A DNA stretch of 64,000 nucleotides from Patescibacteria group bacterium (GCA_028707065.1 JAQTUZ010000001.1:1551-65550), one strand, 5' to 3'; positions 8,739 through 18,221 are shown, counted from the first letter of the stretch. The notes: generated from the sequence alone by a model not told the origin. Program-made: numbers and translations.

Positions 8739-10565
8739 TCAAACTTTAATCACTACCGGCAACACCATGGGGCGGCGCTTGGTTTTGGAGAAAAGGAATT
8801 GGCCGACCTCGTCGCGGATCTTATTCTTGATATGATCGACGTCGGCGGAAGTGCGCGAGTCATGCGATTCCACCATTTTTTTCACTTTCATTCTGGTCGC
8901 TTCGATCAGTTCGCGGCTGTCTTTCATATAGACGAAGCCGCGGGAAATAATATCCGGATTGCCGATTGTCTTACCATGTTCGGAATCGATGGTGGCGATG
9001 ATCACAATCATCCCGTCCTCGGCCATGACGCGGCGGTCTCTTAAAACAATATTGGAAACGTCGCCCACGCCCAGACCATCAACCATGACATAATCGGTCA
9101 CGACTTTTTCTTTGGTCAAGCGGCCAACCGTAACGCCGGTTTCATTTTTAGAAAATTCCACCACTTGCCCGTTATCGGCGATAAAAGTTTTTTCTTTGGG
9201 AATGCCCACGGCGCGAGCCAGATCGCCTTCGGCTTTCAGCATAAAGTGATTGCCCTCGATCGGCATAATATATTCCGGCTTTAATAAGCGCATCATCAAT
9301 TTCAAGTCTTCCTGCTTGGCATGGCCGCCGGCGTGCACGTCCATCATTTCATAATGAATAACATCAGCGCCCTGGCGGGTGATCATATCTTTCAAGCTTT
9401 GGATCGTGCGCTCATTGCCCGGGATGACCGAGGAAGAAAAGATCACTGTATCACCCTCCTTGAGATGAATGGTTTTATGCTCGTGCGAAACCACCCGCAC
9501 CAAAAAAGCATTGGACTCGCCTTGCGCGCCCGTGCCCAAAATCAAAACTTTATTATCGGGCAAGCGGTTCAATTCATTGTCCGTCACCAAAATGCGCGGA
9601 TTGAATTTCATATAGCCGATCTGGTGGGCGATCTCGACGTTATCGTTCATGCTCCGGCCCTGGAGATAAACACGGCGGCCGTACTTTTCCGCCAGATCGA
9701 ATAATTTTTGCACGCGAGCCAATTGCGAAGCGAAAGTGCCGATGATGATCCGCCCGTCGATCTTCTCAAAAATTTTATCCATTTCATTGCCGATGGCCGA
9801 TTCGGAAAGCTGATAGCCCGGATGAGTGGAGTCGGTGGAATCGGACATCAAGAGCATTACTCCTTCCGAACCGATCTGGGCGATGCGCTGCAAGTCGGCC
9901 GGCTTATCGTTGACCGGCGAATAATCGATCTTAAAATCCCCGGTATGAATGATACGGCCGACCGGCGTATCGACGATCACGGCGAAACAATCAGGAATGG
10001 AATGATTGACTCTTAAAAATCCAATTCGAAAGGCCCGGCCCAGCCGCAAAACCGAATTTTCATCGATGATCTGGTCATTTAATTTGGGGCAGTCGCGGTA
10101 TTCGGCGCATTTCTTTTTTACCAGCCCGGCTGTCAGCTTGCCCATGAAGATCGGCGGATTGCCGATCTCGCCCATAATATGAGGAATGCCGCCGATATGG
10201 TCATAATGGCCATGAGTAATGATCACGCCCTTAACCCATTCCGCCTTGTCTTTCAGATAGCTGACATTGGGAATGATGTAATCGATGCCCGGCATATCTT
10301 CTTCGGGAAATTGCAGGCCCATATCGATAATAATGATCTCCCGCTCGTATTCGATGAGAGTCATATTCCGGCCGACTTCTTCCAATCCGCCCAAGACGAT
10401 AATTTTTAATTTACCGTCCGGGCTGGTGATGATTTGTTCGGCCGGCGTCTTCGGCGCCGTTTGAGTCGGACGCGGTCCGTGATAGGAAGAAAAAAACTTC
10501 CTCTTTTCCCCTCCCGCGCCTCGCGGCGGCTGATGAGAGGTTCTTGGTTTGTACTTGGTGTTCAT
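8739..10565 (-). CDS. rnj: Ribonuclease J (metallo-beta-lactamase, beta-CASP and C-terminal domains) with a basic N-terminal extension
   Basis: HGHYDHIGG motif and beta-CASP architecture, 608 aa. Confidence 0.85.
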   Translation of the reverse strand: MNTKYKPRTSHQPPRGAGGEKRKFFSSYHGPRPTQTAPKTPAEQIITSPDGKLKIIVLGGLEEVGRNMTLIEYEREIIIIDMGLQFPEEDMPGIDYIIPNVSYLKDKAEWVKGVIITHGHYDHIGGIPHIMGEIGNPPIFMGKLTAGLVKKKCAEYRDCPKLNDQIIDENSVLRLGRAFRIGFLRVNHSIPDCFAVIVDTPVGRIIHTGDFKIDYSPVNDKPADLQRIAQIGSEGVMLLMSDSTDSTHPGYQLSESAIGNEMDKIFEKIDGRIIIGTFASQLARVQKLFDLAEKYGRRVYLQGRSMNDNVEIAHQIGYMKFNPRILVTDNELNRLPDNKVLILGTGAQGESNAFLVRVVSHEHKTIHLKEGDTVIFSSSVIPGNERTIQSLKDMITRQGADVIHYEMMDVHAGGHAKQEDLKLMMRLLKPEYIMPIEGNHFMLKAEGDLARAVGIPKEKTFIADNGQVVEFSKNETGVTVGRLTKEKVVTDYVMVDGLGVGDVSNIVLRDRRVMAEDGMIVIIATIDSEHGKTIGNPDIISRGFVYMKDSRELIEATRMKVKKMVESHDSRTSADVDHIKNKIRDEVGQFLFSKTKRRPMVLPVVIKV

Positions 10566-10671
10566 AAATTAGAAGCAAATTTAATAAAAATTATTTTGGA
10601 GTTCAAATTTTTAATTTGTTTGCTTAGATTAATATTGTTAGATTGTTAAATTGTTATGTTGTTGAGCATTT

Positions 10672-10708
10672 TTGGCTCTGGCAGAGTCTCGCATCAGCGG
10701 ACTCTGCC
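10672..10708. repeat. Repeat family 2, copy a: 37-bp hairpin element TGGCTCYGGCAGAGTCTCGC-NNN-AGCGGACTCTGCC
   Basis: 9-bp inverted repeat GGCAGAGTC/GACTCTGCC; other copies at 11476..11512 and 34694..34729. Confidence 0.8.
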
Positions 10709-10722
10709 ACTGACTTCAAAAT

Positions 10723-11454
10723 TTATTTTAAGCCTTTTTTAAACGGATTATAATAAACATCGTGGGTAGTCATAATATATGTGGCTCTCTTTTTGTAAAT
10801 ATTCTTTTCCTGTTTTTTGATTTTTGAATATTTTTGGCTATTGGAAACGGATTTATTTTTTAGCATCCGCGTTTTTATGTTTGGAGTATAATACCAGCGA
10901 ATATTTTGCGTCGCCGCCCTTCGGCAATAATCCGCATCCTCATGTCTTCTTATTCGGTCATAAAAATACCCAAGTTTTTTAAAAACAAATTTTGGAATGG
11001 AAAAAAATCCTCCGGCCAGTGTCCAAAACGGAAAGACATCTCCAAAAATCATTCTTCCCTTTTTGAATTCAAAACCTTTTTGATTGATTTTTCCTCCCAG
11101 AATAGCTTTATTATCCCAAATTTTATGAGCCTTCAACAAAACGTCGTTCCAATTTTTGGTTAAAACTTTTACATCGCGATCAATTATGGTAATGAAGTCC
11201 GCATCTTGATTTAAATTAATTATTTTATTTATACTTTTCGGTTTTCCAATATTTTTATTATTTCTAAGCAAGTTGATTCCAGAATTTATTTCCAAAAATT
11301 TTTTTAAATACTCGCTTGTTTGTTTATCACTCCCATCATCAATAACGTAAGTAATGCAACCTTTAAGATTGGTATTTTTTATATAGGCGGTGAGTGTTCT
11401 TTTTACAATTTGTAATTTATTGTAAACCGGAATAATAATCAGATGTTTTGTCAT
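10723..11454 (-). CDS. Glycosyltransferase family 2
   Basis: PVYN and DDGSD motifs; conspicuously AT-rich against the flanking DNA; flanked by direct copies of the family-2 hairpin repeat. Confidence 0.8.
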   Translation of the reverse strand: MTKHLIIIPVYNKLQIVKRTLTAYIKNTNLKGCITYVIDDGSDKQTSEYLKKFLEINSGINLLRNNKNIGKPKSINKIINLNQDADFITIIDRDVKVLTKNWNDVLLKAHKIWDNKAILGGKINQKGFEFKKGRMIFGDVFPFWTLAGGFFSIPKFVFKKLGYFYDRIRRHEDADYCRRAATQNIRWYYTPNIKTRMLKNKSVSNSQKYSKIKKQEKNIYKKRATYIMTTHDVYYNPFKKGLK

Positions 11455-11475
11455 ACTAATCTAAATAATGATTTT

Positions 11476-11512
11476 TTGGCTCCGGCAGAGTCTCGCGCCA
11501 GCGGACTCTGCC
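11476..11512. repeat. Repeat family 2, copy b
   Basis: Same 37-bp hairpin element in the same orientation as copy a, on the other side of the GT2 gene. Confidence 0.8.
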
Positions 11513-11536
11513 GCCGAAAACGACTGCTATCCCGGA

Positions 11537-12151
11537 TTAACATTGTAAATCGAAAGAATAATCTGCCTCATTGTTTTCCGAAATATCATCGAAAAAATAA
11601 GCTATCTTGAATCTTACCCTGCCGCCCCATAAAATATTTTCCAGTCTACAGCTGCCAAAATCCGATAAAGTTTCAAAAGTGAAATTTTTCGGAACTCTGC
11701 TGACGATATTAGGCGTGATATATCGCTTGGTCAAATCAAACATTTCTCTCAAACTTGGCCGCGTATCATCAAGCGTTGTCGCGTGGGCAGATTTTTCCGT
11801 TCCCGAAATGATTCTCCAATCAGGATCCAAAATAGCCACTTCGGCCGATAGATTTTTTAGTAAATTTTCATCGAGCACATCGCCAACAATAAAATTAATT
11901 TTATTATCAACGCCATATAGTTTGGCATTTTTTTTAGCATCATCGATCCTGCTTCGGTCAATGTCAACCGCAGTAACTTTATTCATCTTCTTGGCGAGCT
12001 GTATGGCGAGCATGCCAACGGCGCAACAAAGCTCAACTGCCGAACTAAAACGTGATAATTGGTTGGCGATGTGCTGGCCAACCACCTCGGGACAACTCAT
12101 ATAATAAGCGTCTTGATCAGCAAAGATGTCTTTTGAAAATTTCTGTTTCAT
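11537..12151 (-). CDS. Class I SAM-dependent methyltransferase
   Basis: VELCCAVG glycine-rich SAM-binding motif, 204 aa. Confidence 0.65.
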   Translation of the reverse strand: MKQKFSKDIFADQDAYYMSCPEVVGQHIANQLSRFSSAVELCCAVGMLAIQLAKKMNKVTAVDIDRSRIDDAKKNAKLYGVDNKINFIVGDVLDENLLKNLSAEVAILDPDWRIISGTEKSAHATTLDDTRPSLREMFDLTKRYITPNIVSRVPKNFTFETLSDFGSCRLENILWGGRVRFKIAYFFDDISENNEADYSFDLQC

Positions 12152-12299
12152 GATTTTATTTCGGTTATCGTAAAAAGATCACCTGTTCAGTAAACAAATT
12201 TGTATAAAATAGATCCTTCTCCGCCCGGGGCGGATCAGGATGACAAAAAACTGGAAAGCGCAACAACTAAGTACCTAATCAACTAATTGACTAATAGAC

Positions 12300-14303
12300 T
12301 TACCATTCGAGCCTTTCTCCCGTCTTCACGTACCAATTGAAAACGTCGGAGAAGCGGTCGGCGGGAGAGGCGATGCTTTTGACCGCGAAGCCTTTGATTT
12401 TTTTATTTTGCACGTAATTATAGTAAGGCGAGAAAAGGAAAACCGCCGGCGCGTCATTGGTCAACAAGGTTTGAAATTGCTGGTAATCGGCGATCCGCTG
12501 GTTGCGATCCAGGCTCAAGCGCCCCTCTTCCAAACTTTTATCAACCTCTTCGTTCTTGTAGTTGGCCAAATTCAAACCGCCGGCTCCGGCTTGCGTCGAA
12601 TGCCAAAAAACATAAACATCGGGATCGTTGCCGACTTGTTCGCTAAACAACAACACTTCATAATTTTTCGGTTTGACCACGCTGGCTTGGATTTCCTTGG
12701 CCGGAACCGGCGTAATAGCGACTTTGGCGCCGATCTTTTCCCAGCTATCTTTGACGATCTGGGCGATTTTGGCATTTTCCTCGTCAGCGCTGATCGACAA
12801 ATTAATGATCAAATAATTTCTTACCGCTGGCGTTGTCGTCTTGGTTTTTGTCGTGGCGGTTTTGCTCGCCGGCTCTTGATAAAGCCAGGTCCCTGCTCCC
12901 AGCGCAAGCTCGGATTTTTCAATATCGGTTAAAGAGGGCTTGGTCGTTGAAGCTTTTTTGGTCTCCAGCGCTTTAATCATTTCGTCGGTGACGATATCTT
13001 TTTTCCATCCCGCGGCATCTAATACGGATGCGGCTCGGGCCAGATCAAAATCATATTTCTGTATATTGGGATTATAGGCATAATTATCATCCAAGATCGG
13101 GCCGTTAACGATTCGGGCATTGCCTCCCTCAACTTGATCGATTATTTGTTGTTTGGGCGTGGCATAAGACAAAGCTTGCCGTACTTTCGCGTCTTTTAAA
13201 AGGGAATTTTTATCCTGATTGAAAAAAATCGCTTTTAATTGCGGCTGATCGAGCTGATAAAAATTCAAAGTATTTTTAGCGATCAAATTTTCCCGGTCAG
13301 TATTGGACAAATAACTCAAGCCATCAACGCTGTTATCGTTCAAAGCGTTGAGAGCTTCGGCGGCATCGGCGTAAAATTTAAAAACAATCTCTTTCAAATA
13401 AGGTTTCCGGCCGTAATAATTTTTATTGGCCGTCAAAGTATAACTCTTGATATTTCCGCTCTTATCCTTGACCAATGACTTGAATTGGTAAGGGCCGGAA
13501 CCGATCGGTTTTAAATTAGGCTCGGCCACCGGCGCGGACTCCGGAGCGACTTGGCCCCAAACCGATTGCGGCATAATGCCAAAGGTCAGCAAGCCCAAAA
13601 ATGGCGCGTAGTTCTCCGACAAAGTGAAGACCACGGTCTGATCATCTTGCCGGGTCGCGTCCACGCCGGCAAGACCGAATCGCAAAGGAGAATTATAAGC
13701 CGGATTGGCAATATCTTCGAAGGTAGAAACAACATCGTCGGCTGTAATTTTTTCACCGTCCTGCCAGCGGGCGTCACTCCTCAATTTTATCGTGTAGGCT
13801 TTGCCATCGGCTGAAACCTGATAGCTTTCCGCCAAATCGTTTTCCAGCTGTCCGTTGCCGTCATACTTAAAAAGAGCTGAGTAGATCAAATGGCCAAGAT
13901 CATCATCCACGTCGGAGAGCGTCGCGTAAAGCGGGTTGATATGCGCGGGGCTGCCGATCAATCCTTCGGCATATTGCCCCCCCGCTACGGGCATCACGCG
14001 CAAATGTTTCTGGGCCGCGTTAAAACCCAGCCAGCCTAAATTCAAAACGATAAAAATTATCAATAAATTGATCAGCCAAATTTCCCGCTTATGCAAAGTT
14101 TTACCCAAATGCTTAAGCTGGCGAAGCGAAGGAATTTTCGATTTCGACAAAGAATAAACTAATTTTTTGTCCAAATTTGCATTAATCATGATAACTTTCG
14201 GCCGTCGGGGACCAAAAATCTTACCGATAAAAAACAAGGAGTCGGCAAAAAATTTTCTGACCATGGCCAATAGCGGTAAAATTTTACTTTTTAATAAACC
14301 CAT
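12300..14303 (-). CDS. ABC transporter substrate-binding protein, family 5 (OppA/DppA-like), N-terminally membrane-anchored
   Basis: 667 aa with family-5 SBP-like architecture after an N-terminal TM helix; no cognate permease genes nearby. Confidence 0.7.
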   Translation of the reverse strand: MGLLKSKILPLLAMVRKFFADSLFFIGKIFGPRRPKVIMINANLDKKLVYSLSKSKIPSLRQLKHLGKTLHKREIWLINLLIIFIVLNLGWLGFNAAQKHLRVMPVAGGQYAEGLIGSPAHINPLYATLSDVDDDLGHLIYSALFKYDGNGQLENDLAESYQVSADGKAYTIKLRSDARWQDGEKITADDVVSTFEDIANPAYNSPLRFGLAGVDATRQDDQTVVFTLSENYAPFLGLLTFGIMPQSVWGQVAPESAPVAEPNLKPIGSGPYQFKSLVKDKSGNIKSYTLTANKNYYGRKPYLKEIVFKFYADAAEALNALNDNSVDGLSYLSNTDRENLIAKNTLNFYQLDQPQLKAIFFNQDKNSLLKDAKVRQALSYATPKQQIIDQVEGGNARIVNGPILDDNYAYNPNIQKYDFDLARAASVLDAAGWKKDIVTDEMIKALETKKASTTKPSLTDIEKSELALGAGTWLYQEPASKTATTKTKTTTPAVRNYLIINLSISADEENAKIAQIVKDSWEKIGAKVAITPVPAKEIQASVVKPKNYEVLLFSEQVGNDPDVYVFWHSTQAGAGGLNLANYKNEEVDKSLEEGRLSLDRNQRIADYQQFQTLLTNDAPAVFLFSPYYNYVQNKKIKGFAVKSIASPADRFSDVFNWYVKTGERLEW

Positions 14304-14367
14304 AAGTTAAAAATCAGAAATTCTAAACTAGAAATCCTAACACGCCCCGTCTCGCGCTCTAGAGCCA

Positions 14368-14383
14368 CCCCCCCCCCCCCCCC
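14368..14383. repeat. Homopolymeric C16 tract (simple sequence repeat) ~65 bp upstream of the OppA-like start codon
   Basis: 16 consecutive C read directly from the sequence. It is embedded in a ~60-bp motif (C-tract-CGCATCGCT..GCTTT.CGGG.CAGGCAAG.GGGGA) that recurs at 38770..38820 with a shorter C-run. Confidence 0.85.
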
Positions 14384-14579
14384 GCGCATCGCTTCGCTTT
14401 GCGGGACAGGCAAGCGGGGACTAAATTCGAAATTCTAAGCACAAAATTCAAAACAACTCCTAATAAAAAACATAAAATCTAGAACTGTAGTTGTTTCGGA
14501 TTTCGGATTTTGTGCTTCGGATTTGTAAACCCCTTAGTCAAATCTAATTCTGGGCTTGAAGATTAAAAATGAAAAAAAA

Positions 14580-14792
14580 TTATAACAAGAAGATAATTAA
14601 TGAGACCACGAAAAAAATGACGGCTAAAACAATGGAGCCGTAAAAGAGAACTTTATCAAAACCTCGCTTGGAAAGATAAACATTGCCCGAGCCGCCGAAA
14701 ATTCCGGAAAGAGACGCTCCTTTATTTTGCAATAAAATAGCCAGCATCAATAAAATAGCGGTGACAATTTGGAGTATTTTAAGTAAAAACAT
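14580..14792 (-). CDS. secG: Preprotein translocase subunit SecG
   Basis: 70 aa with two TM helices and the LLQ..KG..LSG.FGG signature. Confidence 0.7.
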   Translation of the reverse strand: MFLLKILQIVTAILLMLAILLQNKGASLSGIFGGSGNVYLSKRGFDKVLFYGSIVLAVIFFVVSLIIFLL

Positions 14793-14864
14793 AAAACGGA
14801 AATTGGAAATTTGAAATTAGAAATTTGAAGACAAAAAACTTTATACAAAATATTTCCGGCAGAA

Positions 14865-15212
14865 TTATTTTTTTACAGCCTCAATGATCTTAGCAAAAAT
14901 TTCTTTGTTATGCTCCGCCAAATCGGCTAAAACTTTTCTATCCAGATCGATTTTATTGGCATGAAGGGCGCCGATTAATTTGGAATAAGACATTCCCAAT
15001 TCTTTGGCGGCAATGCCGATCTTGATCTGCCAAAGCGCGCGATTGACTCTTTTTTTCCGGCGGCGGTCGACAAAAGCATGGACTCCGGCCTTAACAATAG
15101 CCGTGGCTCCGGTGCGAATGGTATTCTTGCGGTTCCATTTGAAACCTTTGGTTTTCCGAAAAAGTTTTCTTCTTTTTTTAACGTGGGTTGTACCTCTCTT
15201 TACTCTGGACAT
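14865..15212 (-). CDS. rplT: 50S ribosomal protein L20
   Basis: Strong similarity to L20 (MSRVKRG..., AIVKAG..A..DRR.KKR). Confidence 0.95.
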   Translation of the reverse strand: MSRVKRGTTHVKKRRKLFRKTKGFKWNRKNTIRTGATAIVKAGVHAFVDRRRKKRVNRALWQIKIGIAAKELGMSYSKLIGALHANKIDLDRKVLADLAEHNKEIFAKIIEAVKK

Positions 15213-15346
15213 ATGAAATAATATTGCTTTTAATAATACTTATTCTAGGTGAAATAAAAACTTCGCAATGCAGAACAAAGAGCAAGGATCAAAGAGCAAT
15301 TTTTAAATTATTTTGTTCTTTGCTCTGTGTTCCATGTTCTTTGACT

Positions 15347-15544
15347 TTAATTATAAGGAATGAAGCTCTGAATATTGCGAGTTTCAGTTTTATGAATATT
15401 AACATCACGGCGCTTATTCCGGCCGGTATTGCCCGTTTCCTTGGCGTTAAAATGATCCTGGCCGGCTTTTCTTTTCTTCACCGATCCTTTTTTGGTGATG
15501 AAATATCTTTTGGCAGTGGCCTGATGAGTCTTAATTTTTGGCAT
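15347..15544 (-). CDS. rpmI: 50S ribosomal protein L35
   Basis: MPKIKT... N-terminus, 65 aa, basic. Confidence 0.9.
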   Translation of the reverse strand: MPKIKTHQATAKRYFITKKGSVKKRKAGQDHFNAKETGNTGRNKRRDVNIHKTETRNIQSFIPYN

Positions 15545-15551
15545 AAAAAAA

Positions 15552-15662
15552 TATAATCCGAATACTACAAATTATATCCGAATACTACGAACTCCACGAA
15601 CCGAACAAATTTTCGTTAAAATGTTCGTGGTATTCGGATATTTCGTAGGTTCGGATTATAAA
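15552..15662. mobile_element. Repeat family 3, copy A: ~110-bp MITE-like element with terminal inverted repeats (ATAATCCGAATACTAC ... GTAGGTTCGGATTAT) and internal CGAATACTACGAAC/GTTCGTGGTATTCG arms
   Basis: Sits between infC and rpmI and ends 7 nt from the rpmI start codon; related copies at 23878..23979, 42369..42493, 48414..48536 and 49058..49112. Confidence 0.75.
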
Positions 15663-15707
15663 TTTCTGTTGAATATAAAAATCAGGCGGTAGGCCTGAAG
15701 AAGGCGA

Positions 15708-16265
15708 TTACTTCTTGTTCATTAAGACTATATTAAACCTTCCGCCCATTTTTGTCAAGTTCTGCTCAACCGTAGCATTGATGCCGGGAGTTGCCTTCAA
15801 AAGATCAATGAATTTGTAGATCACCTCTTCCGCTTTGGCCGGATGCTGTCTTTCACGGCCCTTAAGAACAACTTCGAGCTTAATCTTATCGCCTTCCTTG
15901 AGAAAATCTATCGCTTGATTTAAGCGAAAATTAAAATCATGTTCGCCGATCCTGACTGACAAACGAATTTCCTTGGTATCGATTTTCTTTTGGGCGACTT
16001 TCTGGCGGTGGGCCTTTTTTTCCGATTCATACTTTAATTGGCCTAAATTCACCATTTTCGCCACCGGCGGTTCGGCCTTGGGATTAACGATAGCCAGATC
16101 CAGATCAGCCTCTTGAGCCATCCGCAAAGCTTCGGCCGTGGAAATCTTGCCGACGCTCACCCCCTCATCATTAATCAAAAAAACTTCCGGAACCCGGATC
16201 TTATCATTAGCTACATATTCTTTTACTTCTTCTTTCGGCTTGAATCTCTGCCAGTGATGACGCAT
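15708..16265 (-). CDS. infC: Translation initiation factor IF-3
   Basis: Full-length similarity to IF-3. The ATG at 16265 (MRHHWQRF...) is a candidate start, but infC often uses unusual start codons, and the ORF track extends to 16292. Confidence 0.85.
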   Translation of the reverse strand: MRHHWQRFKPKEEVKEYVANDKIRVPEVFLINDEGVSVGKISTAEALRMAQEADLDLAIVNPKAEPPVAKMVNLGQLKYESEKKAHRQKVAQKKIDTKEIRLSVRIGEHDFNFRLNQAIDFLKEGDKIKLEVVLKGRERQHPAKAEEVIYKFIDLLKATPGINATVEQNLTKMGGRFNIVLMNKK

Positions 16266-16498
16266 AGATACAGAACAAAGATCATAGAACAAAGATCAAG
16301 TGTCAAAGATTGCTCTTTGTTCTTTGCTTCATATTCTTTTAAACTTCATGGCGCCAGAAAACCGACGCCCTTTAAAACTCTTTAATAATAATCAAATTAT
16401 GCCAGCCAGTCAAGATTGAGGTCAGTCTCGCGCTTCCAACTGTCATTATACTCTTTTTAGTCCCTTACTTCAAATCTTGCTCTAATATAAGAATAATT

Positions 16499-18157
16499 CT
16501 AAGCTAAGTCAGCTTTTAGCTGCGGCACAATCTTTGTCAGACCGATATCAACCAGCTCGGCGGCGCGGGCTTTGGAATCGGCGACCGAATAACACCTCAT
16601 CTCCGGCGCGTTGGCCGATTCCCTTAAATGGATAACCTCCTTGTTTTCGGTAAAAATTCTTAACCCATCCGTATAAACAAAAGACATAATTTTTGTCATG
16701 CCGTTGGGAAGCAAATATTTTTCCTCAAATATTTTTTTCTTTTCCAGCCATTCATTCCAGAAAGCCGAATCTTTTTTCATCGTTTCAACTGCGCCGTCTT
16801 TATGCGTGACTAGAATTTCCTCGGGGTAAAATTCAATTTTGTCGATTCGGCTGTCTTCGGGTGAATATTTTGTATTGATTTTTTCGGCAATTTCAAAAGG
16901 AAAATCTTTTATTTTATTGATGTCGGTATATCTTTTGGGCAGCCCGTTCATTATTTCCGAGAGCGTCGTGTTCTTCTCGATCGCTGAAAGGATGATGCAA
17001 AGCAGCGGCAAGACCGCGTCTCTGGTCGGCAGAGCCGCCAGTTTCTTGCCGTAAAATTCAAAATCGCTGTAAGTCATAAATCCGCCGTTGACTTCCCAGC
17101 CGGCGATCTTTTTAAACCCTTGCTTAGCCGCGTCCATCATTTTTTCTATCACATACGGCGAGCCGATCTTAGTCTTAACCAATTTTGCTTTTGACTCAAG
17201 GATCGTATCAACCGCATCGCTCACTGTTATCGGCACCGCGCCGAAATCAGCTCCCAAATATAAGATCATCAATCCGCCCAGCACGCCGCCGGGCAAAAAT
17301 TCACCATATTCATTGGATAGCCAGGGACGGTCGCAATCGCCATCGAAAGAAATCAGGGCGAAAGGATGATGTTTTTCCGCCCACTCCCGCATCAATTTTA
17401 TGTCATTTTCTTTCAGCGCCTCGGTGTCGACGGAGACAAACTGATCGGTCCGGCCTTCGATAACGATATCCGCGCCCAGTTTTCTGAATATTTCAGTGAC
17501 CGCGTCCCGCCCGACTGAAGAATGCTCATAGACCACGATCTTCTTGCCCTGCAAACAATCGGCCGGAAACACGTCCGTGTATCTTCTGATATAAATTTCC
17601 GCTTGGCTGGTATCGACCTCGGGCAGGGAAAAATCATCAATAAACATTCCGTCGGCGTTGAACTTTCCTTCCGGCTGGCCCAGCGTCGCGTAAATTTTCT
17701 CTCTCGCTTCGGCCACGCATTGCAGCATCGGCGCCTCATCGTATTTTAAAATTTCGCCATGAGTCTTGTTCGGTTTGATGCCGTTCCGGTCTTCCGGAAT
17801 ATGGCTGCCGGTAACCATGACGCTGGCGCAATTATTACGCATGCCGCAATAGGCCACGGCCGGCGACGACATGTTGCCGCAATTTCTTATCGCGCAGCCG
17901 GAATCCGCGGCGGCTCGGGCGATCGCTTTCATAATGCGAGGCGTGCTCGGCCGGAAATCACCGGCCAGATAAATTTCCGCGCCTTCTTTGATTCCGCCGT
18001 CCTCAGGGCTGATATTTTTTAAAAACTCAATAAACCCCCGCGTGTTGACATAACATTCCAGGTCGGTCAGATCGACCGCGGTACCCCGCATCCCGCTGGT
18101 GCCGAATTTTACCGGCGGCGGTTCTCGTTTTAAAAATGCTTTTCCGATTTGATCCAT
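16499..18157 (-). CDS. Phosphoglucomutase/phosphomannomutase family protein (alpha-D-phosphohexomutase)
   Basis: GTSGMRG active-site serine loop, 552 aa, four-domain architecture. Confidence 0.8.
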   Translation of the reverse strand: MDQIGKAFLKREPPPVKFGTSGMRGTAVDLTDLECYVNTRGFIEFLKNISPEDGGIKEGAEIYLAGDFRPSTPRIMKAIARAAADSGCAIRNCGNMSSPAVAYCGMRNNCASVMVTGSHIPEDRNGIKPNKTHGEILKYDEAPMLQCVAEAREKIYATLGQPEGKFNADGMFIDDFSLPEVDTSQAEIYIRRYTDVFPADCLQGKKIVVYEHSSVGRDAVTEIFRKLGADIVIEGRTDQFVSVDTEALKENDIKLMREWAEKHHPFALISFDGDCDRPWLSNEYGEFLPGGVLGGLMILYLGADFGAVPITVSDAVDTILESKAKLVKTKIGSPYVIEKMMDAAKQGFKKIAGWEVNGGFMTYSDFEFYGKKLAALPTRDAVLPLLCIILSAIEKNTTLSEIMNGLPKRYTDINKIKDFPFEIAEKINTKYSPEDSRIDKIEFYPEEILVTHKDGAVETMKKDSAFWNEWLEKKKIFEEKYLLPNGMTKIMSFVYTDGLRIFTENKEVIHLRESANAPEMRCYSVADSKARAAELVDIGLTKIVPQLKADLA

Positions 18158-18221
18158 TTTTTTGTTAACATTAAATAATCTGAAAAATATTACTATTTCA
18201 GATAATCATATTATAGCATAA

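Noticed and set aside
10672-11512. Family-2 hairpins as Rho-independent terminators
   Set aside because: No T-run follows the stem on either strand, and one copy lies inside the recQ coding region.
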